Source: Fontivita pretiosa
Lineage (GTDB): Bacteria > Planctomycetota > Phycisphaerae > Tepidisphaerales > Tepidisphaeraceae
DNA: 64,000 nt
Direction: 5' to 3'
NCBI RefSeq assembly: GCF_050410795.1
Contig: NZ_CP191258.1
Location: 1,443,118-1,507,117, forward strand
A program made the position numbers and the translations under genes. A model generated the notes under the pieces. The model searched no databases, was not told the DNA's origin, and saw only the letters and a program-made list of their open reading frames with translations. Positions 57,526-64,000 of this stretch are shown here, in pieces (the first letter of the stretch is position 1; the number at the start of each line of letters is the position of its first letter).

Positions 57526-59082
57526 ATGCCCAGTCGGACACTGCGTGAATTCGTGGAGCTGCTGGATCGCAGCGGAGAACTGGCGCGAGTCAAGGCGCGC
57601 GTCAGCCCGATCCTGGAAATCTCGGAAATCGCCGACCGCGTGTGCAAAAGCCCCGCCCCGCATGGACACAACGAGCGCGATCGCTCGCCAGCGTCGAAGC
57701 TCGGAGGAAAGGCGCTGCTTTTTGAAAACGTCGAAGGCTCGTCGATTCCGGTGGCGATGAACCTGTTCGGCAGCTACTGGCGGATCAACCAGGCGCTGGG
57801 AACCGAAAGCCTGGAAGCCCTGGCCGAGCGCGTGCAGCAGCTCATCAAGCCTGAAATGCCCACCACCCTGCTGGAGAAGATGAAGAAGCTGCCGGAGCTG
57901 CTGAAGGTGGCCAGCTTCCCTCCCCGAACCGTTCGCAGTGGAATCTGTCAGGAGGTGGTTTGCCAGGCCGAGCGCGCCGACCTGGGCATGCTGCCGGTGA
58001 TCCAGTGCTGGCCGCTGGATGGGAACCTGGACAGCGGCGAGGTGTTTGACGCTGAAGCGGCCAGCCGCGCCCCGCGCGGCAGCGGGCGATACTTCACGCT
58101 TGGCGGGGTGTACACGCGCGATCCGGAAACCGGCGAGCGAAACGTCGGCATGTACCGCGTGCAGATCTTCGGCCCGCGGCTGTGCGCCATGCACTGGCAC
58201 ATGCACCACGACGGCGCACGACATTTCCGAAAGTACCAGAAGCGCGGCGAAAAGATGCCCGTGGCGATCGTGCTCGGCGGCGAATCGGTCCTGCCCTACG
58301 CCGCCACCGCGCCGCTGCCGCCCGGGGTTGACGAGCTGCTGTTTGCAGGCTTCCTCAATGGTGGCGGGATCGAACTGGTCAAGTGCCGCACGCATGACCT
58401 GGAAGTCCCCGCCAACGCCGAAATCGTTGTCGAAGGCTTCGTCGATCCGGTCGAAAAGCTCTACGAAGGCCCGTTCGGAGATCACACCGGCTACTACTCG
58501 CTGGCCGACTGGTATCCGGCGCTGCACATCACCGCGATCACGCACCGGCGGGACCCGATCTTCCCTGCGACCATCGTCGGCAAGCCGCCGATGGAAGACT
58601 ATTTTCTGGGCAAGGCGACCGAGCGAATCTTCCTGCCCCTGTTGCGGATGATCGTGCCGGACATCATCGACTATTCGCTGCCGATCAGCGGCGCGTTCCA
58701 CAATTGTGCCTACGTGAAGATCCGCAAGGAGTATCCGATGCAGGCCAGGCGCGTCATGCACGCGATCTGGGGCGCCGGGCAGATGAGTTTCACCAAATTC
58801 ATCATCGTGGTGGATGAGGATGTGGACGTGCATGACGAGCAGAGCGTGCTGTTTCATCTGTTCGCCAACTGCGATCCCGAGCGCGACAGCGAGATCGTCC
58901 ACGGCCCGGTGGACATCCTGGACCACGCCAGCCCCGAGCATGGCCTGGGCAGCAAGATCGGTTTTGATGCCACCCGCAAGTGGCCCGGCGAAGGGCGCGT
59001 CCGCCGCTGGCCAACGGAACTGGCAATGGACCCGGCGACGAAGGAGCTGGTCAGCCGGCGATGGAAAGAGTACGGGCTGTGA
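57526..59082 (+). CDS. UbiD-family prenyl-FMN-dependent decarboxylase
   Basis: Full-length UbiD-family architecture; ATG with AGGA upstream chosen over the alternative TTG. Confidence 0.9.
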   Translation: MPSRTLREFVELLDRSGELARVKARVSPILEISEIADRVCKSPAPHGHNERDRSPASKLGGKALLFENVEGSSIPVAMNLFGSYWRINQALGTESLEALAERVQQLIKPEMPTTLLEKMKKLPELLKVASFPPRTVRSGICQEVVCQAERADLGMLPVIQCWPLDGNLDSGEVFDAEAASRAPRGSGRYFTLGGVYTRDPETGERNVGMYRVQIFGPRLCAMHWHMHHDGARHFRKYQKRGEKMPVAIVLGGESVLPYAATAPLPPGVDELLFAGFLNGGGIELVKCRTHDLEVPANAEIVVEGFVDPVEKLYEGPFGDHTGYYSLADWYPALHITAITHRRDPIFPATIVGKPPMEDYFLGKATERIFLPLLRMIVPDIIDYSLPISGAFHNCAYVKIRKEYPMQARRVMHAIWGAGQMSFTKFIIVVDEDVDVHDEQSVLFHLFANCDPERDSEIVHGPVDILDHASPEHGLGSKIGFDATRKWPGEGRVRRWPTELAMDPATKELVSRRWKEYGL

Positions 59083-59176
59083 GTGCCCGACGAAGTGATC
59101 GGGGGAGTATCCCGCGTTGCTTTTTCCACGGATTGACGGTGGGCATCGGGCAAGACAGCCGGGTATAATTTCTGCC

Positions 59177-59374
59177 ATGATCCGCATCCGCGAAATCGTC
59201 GATCCGGAGTTGAGGCGCAAGATCGTCGAGAAGCTGGCCGAGAACCGCGGCACCAGCGTCGCGGCCATTCCAGACTGGTTCGAGCTGGATGACGCGGATT
59301 ACGTGGATTTGCTCAATGAGCTGAAGGAGCAGGATCCCGATTACGATCCCCGCGACCACGACCCGCGAATGTGA
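59177..59374 (+). CDS. Small hypothetical acidic protein (66 aa)
   Basis: ORF only; no recognisable motif. Confidence 0.3.
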   Translation: MIRIREIVDPELRRKIVEKLAENRGTSVAAIPDWFELDDADYVDLLNELKEQDPDYDPRDHDPRM

Positions 59375-59413
59375 CTTGCTGTCCGCGCAAGCCCACGGCG
59401 TTGAAGCGTGCGA

Positions 59414-60265
59414 TTAGCCTGTTGCGCGCCGCACGCGGCTTCGGTACTCTTCGTGCAACCGCGCGGTGACTTTTCCGCACGCCCCGTCCCCGATCGTCAC
59501 GTCGTCCCACCGTGATACCCACACAAGCTCGCGCGTGGAGCTGGTCACGAATACCTCGGCGGCGCGCTTCGCTTCCTCGAGCGTCATCGCCCGCTCCTGC
59601 ACCGGTATCCCCAGCTCCTGCGCACAGCCGAGCACGAGCTGTCGCGTGACCCCCGGCAGAATCCGCCCGTCCAGCGGATGCGTCACCACCGCGCCGTCGA
59701 TCACGGCGTAGACGTTGCTCGAGGAGCCTTCCAGAACGACGCCCTGATCCACGAAGACGGCTTCATCGGCGCCCGCCTCGGCGGCGGCGTTGCGCGCCAG
59801 CACGTTGGGCAGCAGCCCGATCGCCTTGATCCAGCATCGCTTCCATCGCTCATCCGGCACGCTCAGCAGCGCGTAAGGTCGGCCTTGTCCCACCGGCGGC
59901 AACGGCGCCAGCGTCCGCACGTAAAACAGCACCGTCGGATGCGGATCTTTCGGAAACAAGTGCTCCCGTTTCGACGGGCCGCGCGTGACCTGAAGATAGA
60001 TCAACCCTTCGCGATGCTGGGCATGGGCGATCAATTTCAGGATTTCCGAAGTCAGTGTCGGCTTGTCGATCGGCAGCTTCAGCCGAATGCCGTCGCAGGA
60101 TCGTTCCAGCCGATCCAGATGCGCCGCCAGCTCGAACGGCCGGCCGTTGTAGACCCGAAGCGCCTCGTACACGCCATCGGCGAACTGAAAACCGCGATCC
60201 TCGACGCTGACCCTCGCCTCGGACAAGGGCATGATCTGCCCGTTCAACCAGCACCATTCGATCAT
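59414..60265 (-). CDS. Class IV (fold type IV) PLP aminotransferase (BCAT/D-AAT/ADC-lyase family)
   Basis: GFQFADGVYEALRVYNGRPF...catalytic Lys region...EVFVTSSTREL...VSRWDDV family motifs. Confidence 0.85.
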   Translation of the reverse strand: MIEWCWLNGQIMPLSEARVSVEDRGFQFADGVYEALRVYNGRPFELAAHLDRLERSCDGIRLKLPIDKPTLTSEILKLIAHAQHREGLIYLQVTRGPSKREHLFPKDPHPTVLFYVRTLAPLPPVGQGRPYALLSVPDERWKRCWIKAIGLLPNVLARNAAAEAGADEAVFVDQGVVLEGSSSNVYAVIDGAVVTHPLDGRILPGVTRQLVLGCAQELGIPVQERAMTLEEAKRAAEVFVTSSTRELVWVSRWDDVTIGDGACGKVTARLHEEYRSRVRRATG

Positions 60266-60306
60266 TTCGACTCCCGTGTGGCCTGATCATATCATGCGCA
60301 GCGGCG

Positions 60307-61050
60307 ATGACGAGCTGGGACGACAAGCTGCTGAGCAATCCACACGCGGTGGCCGACAAGCGATCGCGCGTGCAGCGGATGTTCGCCGCCATCGCGCCCA
60401 GCTATGACCTCAACAACCGCCTGCACAGCCTCTGGCAGGACCAGCGCTGGCGGCGGAAGGCGGTGAAGCTGGCGCAGGTCAGGCGCGACGAGTTCGTGGT
60501 CGATGTCGCCTGTGGCACGGGAGACCTGACGCTGGCGTTTGCTGCCGCCGAACCCCGGGCGGCAATCGGGATCGACTTCACGTACCCCATGCTGCCGATC
60601 GCCCGCGCCAAGTCGCAAACCTCCAAATGCGGCTCCCGCATCCGCTTCATCGCCGCCGACGCCCAGACCCTGCCCCTGCCCGACCAATCCGCCGACGTCG
60701 TCTCCATCGCCTTTGGCATCCGCAATGTTCAGCAGCCGCTGGTTGCGCTGAAGGAGTTTTATCGCATCCTCCGCCCCGGCGGGCGGGTGATCATCCTCGA
60801 GTTCTCGCTGCCGACCAGCAGAATCCTGGGCACGTTGTACAACTTCTACTTCCGCCGGATCCTGCCGGTCACCGCCACCCTCATCAGCGGCGACAAGACC
60901 GGGGCGTACAGGTATCTGCCCCAGAGCGTCAACACCTTCCTCGGCCGCGAACAGATGATGCAGATGATACGCGACGCCGGCTTCGTGGACGTGCAGCAGT
61001 TCCCCATGACCTTCGGTGTATGCGTGTGCTACCGCGGGCTGAAGCGATGA
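60307..61050 (+). CDS. ubiE: Demethylmenaquinone/ubiquinone C-methyltransferase
   Basis: SAM motif VVDVACGTGDL; UbiE/MenG-typical N-terminus (FAAIAPSYDLNNRLHS) and C-terminus. Confidence 0.9.
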   Translation: MTSWDDKLLSNPHAVADKRSRVQRMFAAIAPSYDLNNRLHSLWQDQRWRRKAVKLAQVRRDEFVVDVACGTGDLTLAFAAAEPRAAIGIDFTYPMLPIARAKSQTSKCGSRIRFIAADAQTLPLPDQSADVVSIAFGIRNVQQPLVALKEFYRILRPGGRVIILEFSLPTSRILGTLYNFYFRRILPVTATLISGDKTGAYRYLPQSVNTFLGREQMMQMIRDAGFVDVQQFPMTFGVCVCYRGLKR

Positions 61051-61130
61051 CAGAATGCCCAGGGCCGGCGCGATGTGCTCGAGCCTGTCCGGGAGCTTTG
61101 TGTAGCGATCGTTCGTGCCATGTGCGTCCC

Positions 61131-61287
61131 GCCCGTGCTGGCGCCGGGCCTGTGTTGAGCGGCATGCAGTGATGAACAGCCCGGAGATCAGGCTTTCGAA
61201 CTCGATCGCGCCGCGCATGGCCGGGACGGCCATGCCACAGGCGACTCGGACGTGTCACGGGCGTCTCGCGGTGGGACGCCCGTCATT
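61131..61287 (+). repeat. REP-like intergenic repeat element, copy B
   Basis: Same element as 54977..55104, with an extra 8-bp hairpin CGGGCGTC/GACGCCCG at its 3' side; lies between convergent genes. Confidence 0.7.
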
Positions 61288-61314
61288 CGCCCGCCAGTCG
61301 GGCGCCTCGGGGTG

Positions 61315-61806
61315 TCACATCCTCTCCCAGTGCAGCACGCTTTCGAGCTTGCGTTTTTCCTTGACCGGCCTTTCAGTCGCGTGGCCAAGGGTGACGAGAC
61401 TGAAAAAGCGCATTCCGGGCTTGGCGCCCAGCAGTTCGCGCACGCGCTCGGCGTAGGGCTGCTTGTCGCCGCTGATCCAGCAGCTTCCCAAACCGTGCGC
61501 CTTGGCGGCCAGCAGGATGTTCTGCGTCGCCGCCGAGCAGTCCTCGACATAGAAGGGAGTGACGCGCGACAGCACGGCGATGCACGCGGGCGCCTCGGCG
61601 ATGAATGGGGCATGGGTGATCAGCGCGGCCAGATCGCGCCGGGTCTGCGGATCGGTGATGACGACGAACTCCCAGGGCTGCTCGTTCATCGCCGTCGGCG
61701 CAAGTCGGGCGCAATCGACGATATCGATCAGCACTTCCCGCGAGATCGGTTTGTGGTCGTACGCACGCACGCTGCGGCGGGTCTTGATCACTTCCAGTGC
61801 GGTCAT
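61315..61806 (-). CDS. Nitroreductase-family protein
   Basis: KTRRSVRAY motif and nitroreductase fold; start at MTALEVIK. Confidence 0.8.
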   Translation of the reverse strand: MTALEVIKTRRSVRAYDHKPISREVLIDIVDCARLAPTAMNEQPWEFVVITDPQTRRDLAALITHAPFIAEAPACIAVLSRVTPFYVEDCSAATQNILLAAKAHGLGSCWISGDKQPYAERVRELLGAKPGMRFFSLVTLGHATERPVKEKRKLESVLHWERM

Positions 61807-61982
61807 CGGCACACCTCCCTGGCCAGTGGATGCGCCCATCATAACAGGTATCGGGCGATGCGCAGCGCACCACTGCGCCCGGTTGTGGGCATCCTGGCCC
61901 GCTGCCAGCGGAACAGGATCGCGCTTTCAAAACCTGGCAAAAGCCGTTCCATCGCGGTCGGGCGATCATACAATGGCGACAG

Positions 61983-62582
61983 ATGGACATCGTCACTGCC
62001 ATCACCGGCGCCAGCGGGGCGTTGTACGCGCAGCGGTTCATTCACGGCCTGGTGGCCGCGGGGGTCAACGTGCACCTGATCGTCTCGCCGCTGGGGCGCC
62101 GGCTGCTGCATGACGAGCTGGGCATGGAGCTGGTGGATCTGGAAGCGCTGGCGGGCACATCGCACCACTCGATCACCCTTTACAACTACAACGACGTGGG
62201 CGCCAAACTGGCCAGCGGATCGTTCCTTCACGACGGCATGGTGATCGTGCCGTGTTCGAGCAACACGCTGGCGGAGGTGGCGCACGGATTGGGCGGCAAC
62301 CTGATCTCGCGCGCCGCGGCGGTCACGCTCAAGGAGCGCCGCAAGCTCATCCTCGTGCATCGCGAGATGCCCCTTTCTCCGATCGATGTGAACAACTACA
62401 AAATCCTCTCCGACGCCGGCGCGATCATCGCCAGCGCCAATCCGGGCTTTTACCTGAACCCCACGACCGTGGGCGAGCTTGTTGACTTCGTCGCCGGAAA
62501 GTTGCTGGATCTGCTCGGCGTGAAACATGAGCTGGCGACGCGCTGGGATCCGGTGCATCGAAAGTCCAAGGCCGAAGGATGA
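61983..62582 (+). CDS. ubiX: UbiX-family flavin prenyltransferase
   Basis: Family-typical N-terminal ITGASGA and SxNTLA motifs (MDIVTAITGASGALYAQRF...CSSNTLAEVAHG). Confidence 0.9.
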   Translation: MDIVTAITGASGALYAQRFIHGLVAAGVNVHLIVSPLGRRLLHDELGMELVDLEALAGTSHHSITLYNYNDVGAKLASGSFLHDGMVIVPCSSNTLAEVAHGLGGNLISRAAAVTLKERRKLILVHREMPLSPIDVNNYKILSDAGAIIASANPGFYLNPTTVGELVDFVAGKLLDLLGVKHELATRWDPVHRKSKAEG

Positions 62583-63538
62583 ACGATCAGGTCATCAGCT
62601 ACGGCTCGCAGGGTCCGGGGCAGAGCGAGGCACGCGTTGCTTCCGCCGTTTGTCCCGGTCCGGCGGCCCTTCATTGTTCGTTTGTTGTTTTCGCGCGCGA
62701 CATCAAGGTCAGCCACACGGTCTTTGCCATGCCCTGGGCGTTGCTGGCGACATTCCTGGCCGCCGGCGGCGCGCCGCGGCTGGGTCAGCTCCTGTTGATC
62801 GTGCTGTGCATGGTGACGGCGCGGACGGTTGCGATGTCATCCAACCGTCTGCTCGACGCGGAGCTGGATGCGCGTAATCCACGGACCGCCGGCCGCGCCA
62901 TACCCAGCGGGCGGCTCTCGCGCATGTTCTACATCGCCGCCCTGGGCGTCTGCGGGCTGGCGTTTGTGGTTTTGACGTCGCTGTTCTGGCTGGTGTACGG
63001 CAACGTCCTGCCGCTGGCGCTGTCGCTGCCGGTGCTGCTGTTCGTGGGCGCGTATCCTCTGCTCAAGCGGTTCACGAAGCTGTGCCACTACTATCTGGGG
63101 GCCGCGCTGGCGCTGGCGCCGGTGTGCGCGTGGGTTGCCATCGCGCCGAAAATGGACCTGACCCCTTTTTTGATGGCGGCGGCGGTGCTGCTCTGGACCG
63201 CCGGGTTCGACATCATCTATGCCTGCCAGGATTACCACAGCGATCTTCAGACCGGCGTGGTCTCCGTGCCCGCCAGAATCGGCATTGGCCCGGCGCTTTG
63301 GGTGGCGCGGCTTACCCACGCGGGCAGCTTCGTGGCCATGCTGCTGCTGGGGCTGCACGAACCGCAGCTTGGATTGCTCTACCTGATCGGCGTCGGATGT
63401 GCCGGAGGGCTGCTGATCCTCGAACACGCAATCGTCAGCCCCGATGATCTGTCCAGAGTCGGTCTGGCGTTTTTCACCTTCAATGGGATCATCAGTCTGC
63501 TTGTGGGCGCACTGGGAGTCATCGACGTGTTCGTTTGA
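62579..63538 (+). CDS. UbiA-family aromatic prenyltransferase
   Basis: Family-typical start ARDIKVSHTVFAMPWALL, Asp-rich NRLLDAELDARN motif, 8-9 TM helices; ATGA overlap with ubiX. Confidence 0.85.
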   Translation: MNDQVISYGSQGPGQSEARVASAVCPGPAALHCSFVVFARDIKVSHTVFAMPWALLATFLAAGGAPRLGQLLLIVLCMVTARTVAMSSNRLLDAELDARNPRTAGRAIPSGRLSRMFYIAALGVCGLAFVVLTSLFWLVYGNVLPLALSLPVLLFVGAYPLLKRFTKLCHYYLGAALALAPVCAWVAIAPKMDLTPFLMAAAVLLWTAGFDIIYACQDYHSDLQTGVVSVPARIGIGPALWVARLTHAGSFVAMLLLGLHEPQLGLLYLIGVGCAGGLLILEHAIVSPDDLSRVGLAFFTFNGIISLLVGALGVIDVFV

Positions 63539-63593
63539 AACAGAGACGCAGACCCAACGGGTAAAGCCGATTACGGCGCAGCGTGTGGCCTGT

Positions 63594-64000
63594 TCAGCGT
63601 GTCGCCGGAGCGGTTGCAGGCGAGGACTGTTGCTGCTTCCACGCCGCCAGCAGACGCTTCTCCTTCTCAGGATCCAGGCCCGCGCCCCATTTGTGGTTTT
63701 CCGGAAGAGTGCGTGCCCAGTTGAGGGTATCACGCGCGGTGTCGGCAAAAGGCCGGCAGTACAGGCCGATCGAAACCGCCCTGGCGTTGCTCACCCTGGA
63801 GAAACCCGCATGCTCGGGGTCGTCCGGAACCCACAGCGGAATCTCCGTCCAGGGCGACACGCCGTTGGCCAGCAGAAACTCCTGACTGACCCAGGTGAAA
63901 AAGGCGTCGGAGGTGCTGACGGCCTTGCAGCCATACAGCATGGCGATCATCGGGAACGGATGCAGCGGCCCCAGGGCGTTGTAGATTCCCACATGTCCGT
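63594..64000 (-). CDS. Hypothetical protein, C-terminal part (gene continues beyond the window)
   Basis: Open frame to the window edge; the stop lies at 63594. Confidence 0.35.
   Translation of the reverse strand, partial: GHVGIYNALGPLHPFPMIAMLYGCKAVSTSDAFFTWVSQEFLLANGVSPWTEIPLWVPDDPEHAGFSRVSNARAVSIGLYCRPFADTARDTLNWARTLPENHKWGAGLDPEKEKRLLAAWKQQQSSPATAPATR

Overview
High-GC (~65%) bacterial chromosomal window, gene-dense on both strands. The content fits a Planctomycetota/PVC-like organism: CAZymes, RTX-type Ca-binding repeat proteins, ExbB/ExbD, many hypothetical secreted proteins. No rRNA, tRNA, CRISPR, transposase or integrase could be supported. Recognisable housekeeping genes include prfB (with its programmed +1 frameshift), a solitary fusA, argG, lipA, dnaX-ybaB, and a late-step menaquinone/ubiquinone-type cluster (UbiD-, UbiE-, UbiX-, UbiA-like plus two nitroreductases). 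Accessory content includes a sialidase-like BNR protein, a pectate lyase, a GH+CBM9 protein, an NdvB-like GH/GT2 fusion next to an MsbA/NdvA-like ABC exporter, NfeD+flotillin, and two paralogous RTX proteins. The most unusual structure is a near-identical tandem triplication (period 1550 bp, ~15.1-19.5 kb) of a two-gene cassette: a small PD-(D/E)xK-like protein plus a 357-aa partner. Copy 1 is 5'-truncated against a membrane-protein gene, and copy 3 carries a short, strongly divergent patch. Other candidates are a six-gene minus-strand operon joining vWA, ExbB, two ExbD, a 965-aa secreted TPR protein and a GspE-family ATPase; a secreted protein with four tandem pseudopilin(GspG)-like domains; and a ~125-bp REP-like element found twice between convergent gene ends. 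Many long ORFs in the six-frame track are antisense artefacts of high GC and were rejected.
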